Positions 25,514 to 39,138 of a DNA stretch of 64,000 bases are shown here, one piece after another. The translations under genes were made by a program, and so were the position numbers. The notes beneath the pieces are model-generated. The model worked only from the letters and a program-made list of their open reading frames with translations, ran no database searches and was not told the DNA's origin. The stretch's first letter is position 1. Each line of letters starts with the position of its first letter. Source of the stretch: Octopus sinensis (Eukaryota); assembly GCF_006345805.1 (NCBI RefSeq), contig NC_043008.1, positions 50,034,001 through 50,098,000 on the forward strand. Direction: 5' to 3'.

Positions 25514-27014
25514 TTAACAATTTACAACCTAAAGCAAATTGATTTCTTAATACACGGAATAGTGCAAGGTGTGTGTGTTTCTATGAATGCATCTGTGTAT
25601 TTTTAAGTATGCGTCTGTATATGTTTCTATGTATGTGTCTGTGTGTAGGTATTTCCGTGTATGCATCTGTGCATGAGTGTTTCTATGCGTGTTATGTGTG
25701 TGTTTATGCATGTGTCTGCGTATTTTTCCATGTTTGCATCTATGCACACTTCCGTGTATGAGCATGCACGTGCTTTTATGTACACACCTGTTTGTGTATC
25801 TATGCATATGTCTGTGTGTCTACACATGCCCCCATCTGTTTTTATACATGTCTGTGTGTTCCTATGTATATGTACGTATGTGTGTGTTTCTATGCATGCA
25901 TACGTGTTTCTATGTAAGTGTAGGCGCAGCAGTGGCTGTGTGGTAAGTAACTTGCTTACCAACCACATGGTTCCGGGTTCAGTCCCACTGCATGGCACCT
26001 TGGGCAAGTGTCTTCTACTATAGCCTTAGGCCGACCAGAGCCTTGTGAGTGGAATTGGTAGACGGAAACTGAAAGAAGCCTGTCGTATATATGTATATGT
26101 GTGTGTGTCTGTGTTTGTCCCTCCCAACATCGCTTGACAACCAATGCTGGTGTGTTTACGTCACCATAACTTAGCGGTTCGGTAAAAAGAGACCGATAGA
26201 GTAAGTACTGGGCTTACAATGAATAAGTCCTGGAGTCGATTTGCTCGACAAAAGGCGAGCTCCAGCATGGTCACAGTCAAATGACTGAAACAAGTAAAAG
26301 AATAAAAGAATAAATGTGTTTGTACACTTCTCTGTATGCATGTGTGCATTTCTATGTGAGTGTGCACATCTCAAAGGTTATATGCTTGTATGTGTATGTG
26401 GTTACCTTATGTGTGCATGGGTTTGTTTCTATGCTAGCATGTGAGCACTTCACTCGTTAGACTGTGGCCATGCTGGGGCACCACCTTGAATAATTTCTAC
26501 TTAAATGAACCAACCCAAGTTCTCATTTTTTGTATTTGTTCCCTTTTTTAAAGCCTGGTACTTATTCAATCAGTCTCTCTTGCCGAACCAATAAATTATG
26601 GGGGTGGGGGGACATAAATACACTAACCCTGGTTGTCAAGCAGTGGGGAGGGTCAAACACAGCTACAAAGACACACAAATGCATAGTTGTTTGTATTCGT
26701 AATTGTGTATTATGTTCTCCGTTTTTGTTTGTTTGTTTGCTTGCTTTTTTTGTCTTTGTTGTCGCACACATTCGCTAGCTTTCTTACAACGGGGTCTAAT
26801 GCTCTTAGCTTAGACTTTTTTGGAGGCAACCAGATCGAACCACCTCAAGTGTAACTGCCTGAAATGGTCATGATGCCTGGTACTTGACTGAAGAAAGAAG
26901 GCTACAAATGACCCGCTTTTTTTTACCTGTCCTTCTAACTGTTGTTTCTCTTGTCCGCCTTTGTATTGTCTATCTGTCTGAATGTTTTAATGTCCTCTAT
27001 TGCGTTTTTGTTCC

Positions 27015-27097
<83 letters not shown>

Positions 27098-28589
27098 AAT
27101 ATATATATATACATAACAGGCTATTTCAGTTTCCATTTATTATATCCACTCACAAGGAATTGGTTGGCCTGAGGCTATGTTAGAAGACACTTGCCCAAGG
27201 TGCCATGCAGTGGGACTGAACCCAGGACCATGTAGTTAGGAAGCAAGCTTCTTACCACGCAGCCATACCTGTGCCTGTGTACAGGCTGGTGGGATATATG
27301 TTTGTACATAGGTGTTAATGTCTTTGCAGGTAAACTCTTCCAATAAAAAGACAAAGAAAGGAAATAATATGTAACTCACAATGAGGTGTTATTAAAACTA
27401 GGAAGAAAGAGGAAGGTTGAAAGAGGGAGAGAGAGAGAGAGAAGGAAGTAGAGAAAGAGAGACAGAGTTGGGGTGAGTAGGTGTTGATGGGATTACAAAA
27501 ATGTGTATTGTATAAATGAGTGTATACACATACACACAGCCACTATCTGGCATATATAAGTGCTTACACTTATCAAGTATTCCCTCTAAACTTACAGTAC
27601 CTACATACACACAGATAGGTAGATGGATGGATGGATAATGGGATTACAAAAGATATATATTATATGAATGCGTGTATAGACATATACACACACACACACA
27701 TTTTATTAGTTGAGGAATTCACCGTAACCTAAACCCAAGTATTTCTTGTTGGGAAGGGTTTTTAAGTAGAAGACTGGTCTCAACAGGGAAGTGTCCTCTT
27801 TGTATGAAGAGAGAGATTGGATTTCTCAACTTATACTGAATGTGTGTGTGTGTGTGTGTGTGTGTGTAGGCACAGGCATGACCGTGTGGTTGAAAAGACC
27901 TACTGTGCACCACCTTGGGCAAGTGTCTTCTACTATAGCCCCAGGCCAACCAAAACTTTGTAAGTGGATTTGGTAGACAGAAACTGAAAGAAGCTCATCA
28001 TGCCTCATTTATGTGTGTGTAAATATGCACAAATTCTGCTTATGTCTCTATTTATCCATCATCATCATCATTAACGTCCGCTTCCCATGCTGGCATGGGT
28101 TGAACGGTTTGACTGAGCCAGAGGCTGCACCAGGCTCAATCTGATCTGGCAAAGTTTCAACAGCTTGATGCCCTTCCTTATGCCAACCACTCCAAGAGTG
28201 TAGTGGGTGCTTTTATGTACCACCGGCACAAGGGCCAGTCAGGCAGTTCTGGCAATGACCACACTCAAATGTTTTATGTATTTACTTATTGAATGACATA
28301 ACAGCTGAATTATTTTTTAAAATATGCATTATTCACATGACATTGTAATTGATTTTATAATTTGTTCCAGAACTATCTAGGGAAATACTATTATCACTTG
28401 TAGATAAATTCACAACCCCTCAATTTGTAACTAGTTTGATAAGTGCCAACAAATGAAACTCTCAGCCCTTGAGTCACTCTGACACTTTTGCTAAATATCA
28501 ATAAAAAAGAATATACACTTATTCATGTTTTGAGTTCTTTTTTTCTTGTCTGCATCACCAATCCTGTACATATTAGTCATTTGGTTTCT

Positions 28590-28830
28590 CCAGACTCCCA
28601 GCAATGGGCTACCATGATCTTCCATCTTTTTCTGCATTTGGCAAGGGTTGCATCTTGAAAGCAATTTGTGCCACAGCTGCACAGGTCATCTTTTAAAGTG
28701 GATCTCCAAGTTTTCTTTGGTTGACCATTTGGTCTCTTCCTTCCAGTTGGTTACCATGTCATTGCTGTTCTTGCTGGGACATTGTCCCCCATTCATAGGA
28801 CATTCCCCACCAGCTGCATTCTTCTGCCCT
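28590..28830 (-). mobile_element. RTE-type LINE ORF2 C-terminal fragment
   Basis: Translates MGDNVPARTAMTW*PTGRKRPNGQPKKTWRSTLKDDL...LAKCRKRWKIMV, resembling the RTE WxPxGKRxRGRPKxTW motif. Confidence 0.7.
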
Positions 28831-28995
28831 TGATATGTGGGTGTGTGTGTGTGTATCTTTGTGTTTGTCCTCCATCATCACTTGTCAACCAGTGTTGGTT
28901 TGTTTACATCCCTTACTGGGTCAGCAAAAAGAGGCTGATAGAATAAGTACTAGGCTTAAAAAGATAATTACTGAGTTCATTTCCTTTGACTAAAC

Positions 28996-29340
28996 CAGTG
29001 GTTCTCACCCAGGATCCATATGGCCCTTGAGGGTCTATATAAGGTTTTGGAGGTCCACGCAACGAAGTAGTAAATTGGGGATCTACAATTGTATTTTAAG
29101 GGCCCCTGAAAAAAGTTTGCTTTAAATGTATGTATTGATAAGTATTGTAAGAAACAGCTGGGTTTCTTCAACATTTTACATAATTCAACCTCCACAAGTC
29201 AATATGTGAAAAAATAAGATAGGAATTAGGAAATAAGTTACTATGAAACTAGTTTTAAATGTTGAATAGCTATGGGGGGTCCACCAGAATAAAATAGAAA
29301 TCAAAGGGGTCCATAGATAAAAAATGATTGAGAACCCCTG
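28996..29340. mobile_element. hAT/Charlie-type MITE
   Basis: TIRs CAGTGGTTCTCA and TGAGAACCCCTG, with 8-bp target-site duplication GACTAAAC/GATTAAAC. Confidence 0.85.
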
Positions 29341-29476
29341 GATTAAACCCTTCAAGGTAATGCCTCAACATGGCTGTAGTCCTGTGACTGAAACAAGTAA
29401 CAGACAAGATATATATGACTACATACATACATACATACATACATACATACATACATACATACATACATACATACAT

Positions 29477-29508
<32 letters not shown>

Positions 29509-32039
29509 CACACACACACACACGCATACAGAAACCACACAAGACTCATGTGAGTGTGTGTGTATTTTATCTTTCAGTTAGGAGGGAATACTGTGCCCAT
29601 GACTTGTTACAGGGCTCCAAGACTGGTAGCAGAGAAAGAGAAAGGTAACCTAAAAACAGAGACATGGCTCAAATGTTTGCAACAGAGTGGACTCTGCTAA
29701 AGGCACCTAAGGTGACAGGTGACAGGCGGCAGTGGTATTAAATCAGCTGACAAACCCAGTTAACCCTTTCATTACCAACCCAACTGAAACCAGCTCTGGC
29801 TCTGTAATACAAATGTCTTGTTTTCATAAGTTTTGAATTAAAATCTTCCACCAAACCTTAGTCACAATTTATGTTCCTAACACCAGCTTAATGGTAACTA
29901 AGAAATATGGTAACAAAAGGGTTAATAAGAAAAATAATCAGCAGAAGATATAAGAGAAGGAGACCTCAGTGTGGTTACTCTATATGCTAGAAATAATAGC
30001 CTAAATTTCCTTCAGTCCACACCCTTCCAACTGCTTCTAATCTCTATCTGCCCAAATGTAGATGTGTGTTTAACCCTTTTGATACCAACCCAGCTAAAAC
30101 CGCCTCTAGCTTTGTAGTACAAATGTCTTGTTTTCCTAAGTTTTGAATCAAAATCTTCCACCAAACCTTAGTCACAATTTATGTTCTTAACACTAGCTTA
30201 ATGATAACTAAGTTATTTTACTAAATTCTTTGTAATATCTAAAGTAATTGAAAGAAACACAGAGCATCTCAAAATAAATACAATAACAAAAGGGTTGAAG
30301 GAATTATTCCAGTACCAAACCAAAACTTATCTCTACACAAGTGTAAGCATCAGAGTCACTCTAAGTACATGTGTACTTTTGTGTGTGTGTGTATATTTTA
30401 GAGATATATTTACATGCACATGTATATATACACATATTTGTGTGTGTGAGTGTATCGTTATGTGTATGTGTGTGTGTGTGCATATATACATATATGGTAC
30501 TCTTTTACTGTTTTACACATTTCAGTCATTTGACTGTGGCCATGCTGGAGCACCACCATTAGTCGAAGAAACCAGCCCCCAAGACTTATTCTATGTAAGC
30601 CTAGTATTTATTTTATCATTCTCTTTTGCTGAACCGCTAAGTTACAGGGACGTAAACGCATCAACATCGCTTGTCAAGCAATGGTGGGGGAAGGGCAAAC
30701 ACAGACACAAAGACACACACATGTAAATATACATACATATATATACACAATGGTCTTCTTTCAGTGTCAGTCTACCAAATCCACTTACAAAGCTTTGGTT
30801 GGCCCAAGGCTATAGTAGAAGACACTTGGCCAAGGTGCCACACAGTGGGACTGAACCTGGAACCATGTGGTTGGGAAGCAAGCTTCTTACCACAGCTACA
30901 TTAGGCTACATATGAAGTTCTTAGTGTGTTGGGCTGTTTATGTAGAAAATACAACTGTATATATATCATATATATATATATATATTATATATATATATAT
31001 ATATATATCATGTGTATGTCCTTTAATTCTCCTAAGATCACAAAGTAATAAATTTCCCTTTAGATCTTTAAGCACTGGCATGGCTACATGGTGAAGAAGT
31101 TTGTCTCCCAACCACATGGTTTTCTGGTTCAGTCCCACCATGTGGCATTTCAGTGAATTGTTTTCTATTATAGCAATGAACCAACCAAAGCCTTGTGAGT
31201 GGATTTGATAAAAGGAAACTGAAAGAAGCTCATTATGTGTATGTGTGTGTGTGGGGGGGGATGTACTATGTCCTTGCCTTGGAATCATGCGATAGTTGTA
31301 AGCAAGTATCCTTTGCTTCCAATCTTCTGTGAAAGTATGCTATGTCTTGGTGAAACAGGTCAGAGTTGACAAAAAGAAGGGCAGCCAGCCGTACAAAAAA
31401 AAAATTTGCCAGAACAAATTCCATCCAACCCATACAGGCATGGAAAAGTGGATGTTAAAACAATGACCATCATCATCATCATCATGACTTATATAGCAAT
31501 CTATTCAGATGACATTGCAGGAGAGCCTTATATATGCTACTCCACCCAGTAACTCTTCCTATTTCTTCCTCCTACTCCTCCTGTCATTCACATTCACCCC
31601 TCCCCCTACACACACATACTTGCATGCATGCACGCACGCACACACATGCACGCACATGTAACCAACCCACAATGTAATGCCTCATTTCTCAATTGCATCC
31701 TCTACCCTGAGGAGTCTGGATTCATCTATTGCTGTTCTCCTAATGAAACCTCTTGCAAGTCCTAAGTTACCTTTCAACTATAACCCAATCTGCCTCTAAA
31801 TACATTGAGTACCTTTTTCTGAGGGAGGGGGGTTGCATTGAGGGGGGTATAGGGGGTTAAAGTTTTTTTCTTTTTGTTTTGATTTTTTTTTGTTTTTGCA
31901 CACTCCGCAATCATATGACCAACATTACTTGTACCACACATACCTATACACATGTGCGCATGTAAGCATATAATATACATACATCTATACTCACATACAT
32001 CCACATACACTCAAGATATGTACTAAAAAAATTTACCTA

Positions 32040-32083
<44 letters not shown>

Positions 32084-32277
32084 CACACACACACACACCA
32101 CACACACATACACACACACACACACACAGAAACACATGCACCCCTATCTGTTTCCACCGAATCACACCTTTAAAACACAACATCAACAAGCCACAACAAA
32201 AGTACGTGACTACTATTGTCTAATCTAAAAACATTAGGAAATCAGTCGGCAATTAGATAATTATTCGCAACACTCAC

Positions 32278-32296
32278 TCGGCTCGTGATTCTGCAT
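32278..32296 (-). CDS. CLCN2: Candidate alternative first coding exon (MQNHEP+A) splicing in frame to the 23148 exon
   Basis: ATG CAG AAT CAC GAG CCG A|gtgagt has a consensus donor in phase 1, matching the downstream acceptor (gives K-Q-C-I-R). It has an upstream in-frame TAG and lies in locally CpG-rich non-repeat sequence. No transcript evidence. Confidence 0.4.
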
Positions 32297-33448
32297 TATA
32301 CCATGGTAAAAGACAAATAATGCAGAGCTCCTCAGCGGATGCACACCGTTCTAGGTCCTGTATCGTTGCACATGCTTGCACGTGCAGCAATGCAGTGATA
32401 GATTTTGTGACATTACTTCACGGAATTTCTCCACAGCTCCGGCGAACACACAGACGAAACCCGAAAGATGTATTTCACAATGAAGTGACATTGAGGAAGT
32501 GCAATGTTAAATCCTTATTACTAATATTGATTACGTATGTAATGTGGTAGATTATCTGATGATGAAGGCAGAATACTCCTCATTATCTCATAGCTAACTA
32601 TTAACATCCGTTACCAAAGCAATGTAATTCATGCGTTAAACAAGAACTTACAAAAATATATGAAAACAAAAAAAGAAAAAAAAAAGGAGAGATTATGTTG
32701 CTGCAGGCCATTTAGTCTATTGGATGTTCAGGACTTAGATTACGATAAACAATAGAAAACAGCAACAAACCAAACCACAAAAACAACTACAAACAAACAT
32801 ATTAAGACTGAAGTTGAAAAACGATAATCAACATCATCATCATCACCATCATCATCATCATTTTAATGTCTTTTTTTGCCTGACTTGCAATGGGTCAAAC
32901 AAGGTTTACTGATGGCATTCCAGGAATGATGCTGAAGATCAAGATAGGAAGGACCCTGTACAAAGGTAAGCAAAAAAAAAATCAAAAAATGCTTTACACA
33001 GTAGCATAGTTAATAGGGGAGTGACTTCGCCCACCCCCTCCCCACCAAGCACATTTTTTCAAAATTGGCACCTTTTTCAATAATTTTGCTTTTATAACTC
33101 TTTGATCATTTTGTGCAATAAAAGTTCAACATTTGCTTTTTTTTTTGTTAATCGCATGGCCTCAGAACTTATACCACTGACTAAAACCAATAAAAGGCTA
33201 CTCAGTCATGTTGATAATGACCTTGATGTTGCTCAGCTACAAAGTTTGTTACAGCTTTGTAAATTTCAATGTAAACTTATATCAGAAGCACAGGCAAAGC
33301 TTATGTGAATAACAAGTTTATTTCGCAACAAGGTGCTATGTTTTGATCCCACTCTAGGGAACCTTTGGCAAGGAACATCTTCTGTTACTCCAGATTGACC
33401 AATGTCTCATGAATGTTATTTAGTAGAAGGAAATTATACAGAAGCTCA

Positions 33449-33495
<47 letters not shown>

Positions 33496-33570
33496 TATAC
33501 ATATATATACACACATACATATACACATTTAAAAAAACAAACATATATATACACATACATATATATATAT

Positions 33571-33790
33571 AACGGGAAGCTTTATGAAAATAGACAAAAG
33601 ACGAAGGCAGGTTTACGGAAATAAACAAAAGACGAAGGCAGGTGGAATACAAACAAACAATTGTATTAGTATGGCGCTCAGGAATATAAATAAAACAAGT
33701 CTTTTACGTTTCGAGCCTACGCTCTTCAACAGAAAGATACACAGAAAAGAAACACAGAAAGAAGGAGAGAAAAAAAATGCGTGCAGAGGC
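33571..33790 (-). mobile_element. Penelope-like-element-derived non-autonomous repeat in (TA)n, carrying a hammerhead-like motif (33700-33737)
   Basis: Related fragments at about 5878-5970 and 10930-11100 are also embedded in TA tracts. The motif reads TCTTT CTGTTGA A GAGC gtag GCTC GAAACGTA AAAGA. The Penelope origin is inferred; no PLE ORF is seen. Confidence 0.55.
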
Positions 33791-33874
33791 TAGCGAATCA
33801 ACATATACACATACTTATATATATATATATACACACATATACATATACACTCACATGTATATATAATATATATA

Positions 33875-33945
<71 letters not shown>

Positions 33946-35550
33946 TATTTGTGTATATGTATGTTTATATTTGGACTGTTGTTGTTGGTCAACCCTGGCA
34001 TGAGTATTCTGCCATTTTAGAAATATGTATGATTACATTAACCAACATGTCCACTCTTTTCCCAAGACAGTAGAGTCTAATAAAAGGAAATTTGGCTGTT
34101 GTTTCTAGCAGGTCAAACAATCACAGAGAGACCCCTTTTTTGGATCATGATTCTGTATTTGTCTAAACTGGTGCAAAACAGTGTCCTCAGTTGTGTCCCT
34201 ACACTTGACCTAGCATTTCTCCCCCATTCCCTTCCCTCTCTCCCCAAAAGGGCAAGCCATGAATTCACCTCACAAGCAAGACACCTGCATCTGTCCCTTT
34301 ATCTTACCTGCTTATCCTTCAATGCCATACCCCACCCAGTTGAGGAGGATCTTGTCTTATGGGTACTTGTTGACCTCACCAGTGCTGGTGCCACAAGGAA
34401 AGCACCCAGTACAATCTGTGAAGTAATCAGCATAGCAAGGGTATCTAGCTGTATGCCAAAGAAAACACTGGAACCATCGAACCAATGCCAGCAGAGGAAA
34501 GGAAAAAGGACATTAAATAATGATGATGGGCCTCATGGAGACAATGACCGAGACCTTTGGCATTATGTTGGGTTTGAGAAGAAGACCCATCAAGCCAAAC
34601 AGAATTGCAGTCGTGACAGATACTGGTGTCATGTAAATTGGCACCCATGTTGGTGGCACGTAAATGCACCCCGGTGTCACACTGTCACACAAAAGCACCC
34701 ATTACACACACGGGGTGGTTGGCATTAGGAAGGGCATCCAGCTGTAGAAAACCATACTAAATCAGACAGAGCTCTGGTGCAGCTTTCCAGCGTGCCAAGC
34801 CCAGTCCAACTATCCAACCCATGCCAGCATGGACAACAGACGTTAAATGATGAGGATGATGATGATGATGATGATGATGACATATGCATGCACTAATAAA
34901 GATCAGGAGTGAGAAACTCTGAGTATTGATTCACACAGGTTCAACTTTGCATAATGTTATTCCATTCAAACAGTTCCAAACACTCTCGTTATTTTTTATT
35001 CGATTTATACATTTATTTATCTATATATTTATTTATGTATTTATACATTTATGCATTTATTTATGTATTTATTTATTTATTTTTGCTTAATTTCAATTCA
35101 TGCCAATAATTCACCCCCACCCCACCCATCAGAACTAATACATGTGAGAGTGTATGCATGCAGTGAGTGCTTATCAGTCATCAGCACCACAGTCACCCCC
35201 CACCCTCATTTGCCAGTACAACCAACAACCCTCACCCCTTCACTTCCCCCTCTAGTGTCAACACATTACCACCACTCACTTCACCATCAGAAACACTAAC
35301 ACCAAACACTCTACCTTGACCCTTCATATATCAACATCACCTACCCCTCAATTTATAATGAGTGGCTGTGTGGTAAACAGCTTGCTTACCAACCACATGG
35401 TTCTGGGTTCAGTCCTACTGCGTGGCACATTGGACAAGTGTCTTCTACTATAGCCTTGGGCCGACCAAAGCCTTGTGAGTGATTTTGGTAGACGGAAACT
35501 GAAAGAAGCCCGTCGTATATATGTATATATGTATATATATGTATATATAT

Positions 35551-35619
<69 letters not shown>

Positions 35620-36370
35620 GTGTGTGTGTGTATGTTTGTGTATCTGTGCTTGTCCCCCCAACATCGCTTGACAACTGATGCTGGCGTGTTTATGACCCCA
35701 TAACATAGCAGTTCAGCAAAAGAGACCGATAGAATAAGTACTAGGCTTACAAAGAATAAGTCCTGGGGTCGATTTACTCGACTTAAAGGCGGTGCTCCAG
35801 CATGACCGCAGTCAAATGACTGAAACAAGTAAAAGAGAGTAAAGAGTAAGAGTACTATTTTCACTTTCATCTTCTTCATCAACACCCCTACACTAGGGTG
35901 CAACCGTAACTTCAACCACATCACCAACCTCAACACATACTACACACACTGCCTGCCATTGGTGTACTTCTCTTTTCTATACCTGTACAACCATCTTTCT
36001 ACCTGGTTCCCTATATAATTAGCTGTACCATACACCAAGTTCTGGCCCCAAACTGTTCCAAGATGAAATAAAATACATTTTGTCAGATTTGCAGTTATAG
36101 ATTAAATTTACTGACACCCAGTCTTGTTTAGTCTAAGTGGTCTGACCATGTTCCTATGAACACATCACTCCAAATGTGTGTGTGTGTAATGAATAGAAAG
36201 AAGAGGTTTATATTGATGTGCCTTGGAACACAGCAGCAACATACTTTGAACAAAATTTACTATCAGAACACTGAATCACAGAACATCAGATCAAAGATAC
36301 GAAAAGGCAAACCAAAATAAGTCAAAGACAATGTGTAGACGTATATATATGTTTAAAACAAAATACGAAC

Positions 36371-36503
36371 CCCAATATGCCCAGAAGCCAACCGCTGGTT
36401 TTGTTTGTCCATCAGTATCAAACAGTTGGTCTGGCTTAGACTTTAGTTGATTAGCTTGATACTGCGCAAATGATCCCAAGTCTCTTGAATATTGACCACA
36501 AAG
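36371..36503 (-). CDS. CLCN2: ClC-2-like chloride channel, exon homologous to vertebrate exon 2 (133 nt, phase 0 to 1)
   Basis: Acceptor is ttcttcttttacag. Translates LCGQYSRDLGSFAQYQANQLKSKPDQLFDTDGQTKPAVGFWAYW+G, matching the ClC-2 MYGRYTQDLGAFAKEEA segment. The best phase-1 donor is G|gttcgt (weak), which joins the next exon in frame as W-E-Q-C. The donor position is less certain than the acceptor. Confidence 0.85.
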
Positions 36504-38289
36504 CTGTAAAAGAAGAAGGTATATAACAACGAAGTGTAACAGGTGAAGCAGAGATCAAAGAGTGTGACATGTTTTTATACAATAACAATGTGTGGGTGTG
36601 TGTGGGTGTATAGAGTCATTGTATACAAATCCATAAGTCAAGAAAAATAGGCAGTCATACATTTGTCAATAGAGTGGGTACATTAATCAAAGTACACAGT
36701 ATTGTAGATCCATTACAGCTGATCTTACCGATCAGTTTTGCACCAGATATTAAATAACAAGGTGGTTATCATGATAGCAGTGATAGCAGGTATGAAAAAA
36801 AATATGGTGACTGCTCTCTGCTATAGAAGGTGAGAAACTGTCACATCCAGTTTGTGGATGCTGTAAAAAAAATTGTGAATTAAATGAAATCACATGATAC
36901 AATTAATTGAGGAATTTATCCAGGGTTGGCTCCCTTGGCCCCCAAAACCTAAGTTAGCAGTGATATGACAAGGGTTTCGTGGCTAAATATATGTATAGGT
37001 CAGGTTCAAAGAGTTGATATGTATTTGTGTGTGAACACACATGCACGCGCATGTGCGCGAAATCGTCATCATCATTTTAATGTCTACTTTTCCATGCTTA
37101 CATGGGTCAGACAGAACTATGTTCAAACAGAGTTTCTATGGCTGGATGCCCTTCCTGTTGTCAACCCCCCATTTGTATCCGAAACGGAGAATTAATCTAT
37201 CAAACAACAAACAGCCCAAACACGTTTATGTGGAGAACTGGAAACAACACTGAACCTTAGTGACATTTCATCTGTCTTTACATTCTGAGTTCAAATTCCA
37301 CTGAGGCCAATTTTGCCTTTCATACTTTAGGGGTCAATAAAACAAGTACCAGTTGAGCACAGGAGTCGATGTTATCAACTTCCCCCCACCACCTCCGAAA
37401 TTGCTGGCCGTGTCCCAAAATTTTAACGAATTATTATTAGACTAAATACCATAATAATGCAACAAGAATTTCTAGCTCTTAATATAATTCATTCTTAATC
37501 TAATTACAGCATTTTTTTTTCTTATTCGGTAGCTAAATTAACATTTATAAACTCAATTATGCAGTGACACCTGTTTAGTTCTGTTTTGTTTGCTTTTCCA
37601 TTTGTTTATTTTTTCTTCTTAAATTACAAATGATAAATTCACAACAGTGTTGACAGAATTCATCATAACTATTTCATTCTTCTCCGGTCAACAACAGAAA
37701 TCTTTCTGTGTCACTTTGACTTTCAAGAAATAACAAGAAAATTTCGCTCAAACCACACCCTACTGTCTTTAAAAACAAGGAGGACACATTGTATACTGTA
37801 GACTGATATTATACACTATTCACACAAAGAAGTATTGTGAACTAAACCAACTTTTAAATCAGTTCAAATGTGCTTGTGACACATCTCACTTGCATAAAAA
37901 CCGTTTTTCACTGTGGCTGCCATGGAGAAAATTCTTGCTTTAGGCAATAGGTGCCATAACACCATCAATCATCTCAGGGCACCATCTAGTAGACCAATAA
38001 ATGCATTTCTAGCTATTTGTCTATCATCAGTACCAGATACTACAGTAAGAGAGACAAACATATTTCCACTGATATAAAAGTCTGTTTAATTCATAACACA
38101 CATGGTGTACTAGTATATGTACATGTATATATATATTTATATATATATTCCTGAGCAGCAAACTAATACACCTTGTCATTTTCTTATTTGTCTCTGTTTT
38201 TGTACAATTTTGAACCTACTATATAGCCTTGGGCTGACCAAAGCCTTGTGAGTGGATCTAGAAGATGGAAACTATTAAATCCAGCAGAT

Positions 38290-38778
38290 TTCTTGAAATT
38301 TGCTGGACTTAAACTTCGGCCTGTGTATGATCATACCCTTTGCATAAAAGTCATGTTCTTTTCAAAATCTGCTCCAGCTGGCCTCCACAGTGTTGGAGGT
38401 ACACTTGCATACATTGCGTCAAATTGTCAATTACTTGAACACATTCCTCTTTGGGGATTTCCTTCATTTATGCTGTGATTGCTGCCTTCAGTTCACCAAT
38501 CGTTTGAGGGTTGTTCTGGTAAACCTTATCCTTGAGATATCCCCACAGATAAAAATCTGATCAGTCTCTCTCCTGAAATTGCTCTGTCAGCCAGGCTAGG
38601 GAGTCTCAGTCAGGCTACAGAGTCATCTGGAACCACTTGCTGGAACCACTGTTCATCTCGATCTGTTCCTCTGTGTTGTCCCAGTGATACTCAAAACTTC
38701 CTCAGCATCAGCACTGCCTTAAAATCAACAGTTTTATTCAAAGATCTGTGGGTTCTGTTTTTCTTGAGTCACCCTGTA
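38290..38778 (-). mobile_element. Internally deleted Tc1/mariner-type transposon relic
   Basis: TA|CAGGGTGACTCAAG end. Fragments read DRDEQWFQQ and FYLWGYLKDKVYQNNPQTIGELKAAITA. Confidence 0.8.
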
Positions 38779-38780
38779 AG

Positions 38781-38842
<62 letters not shown>

Positions 38843-38845
<3 letters not shown>

Positions 38846-39138
38846 ATCACGTGACCGACCAGGCTATCAGATGTTGTTACACATCGCTGGTCACAATGCG
38901 CTTCACATTGTTTTAGCCTTTGAATGACACCACCCCGCCGGCTAAGCGAGCAGGCCAACAGAAAAAAGAGTGAGAGAAAGCTGTGGCGAAAGAGTACAGC
39001 CAGAATCGCCACCACCCCCTGCCGGAGCCTCGTGGAGCTTTTGCTCAATGAACTCTCACAACGCCCGGTCTGGGAATAGAAACCGCGATCCTACGACCGT
39101 GAGTCCGCTGCCCTAACCACTGGGTCATTGCGCCTCCA
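38843..39138 (-). mobile_element. tRNA-derived SINE, family D
   Basis: Head TGGAGGCGCAATGACCCAGTGGTTAGGGCAGCGGACTCACGGTCGTAGGATCGCGGTTTCTATTCCC has box A/B, followed by a non-tRNA body. CpG-rich. Confidence 0.8.

Noticed and set aside
34099-34728. 209-aa ORF, the longest in the track
   Set aside because: It spans family G and family C repeat sequence, with no recognisable domain or splice context.
39060-39138. tRNA gene (likewise 56150-56222)
   Set aside because: It has box A/B but a poor cloverleaf and is continuous with a repeat body; it is a SINE head.
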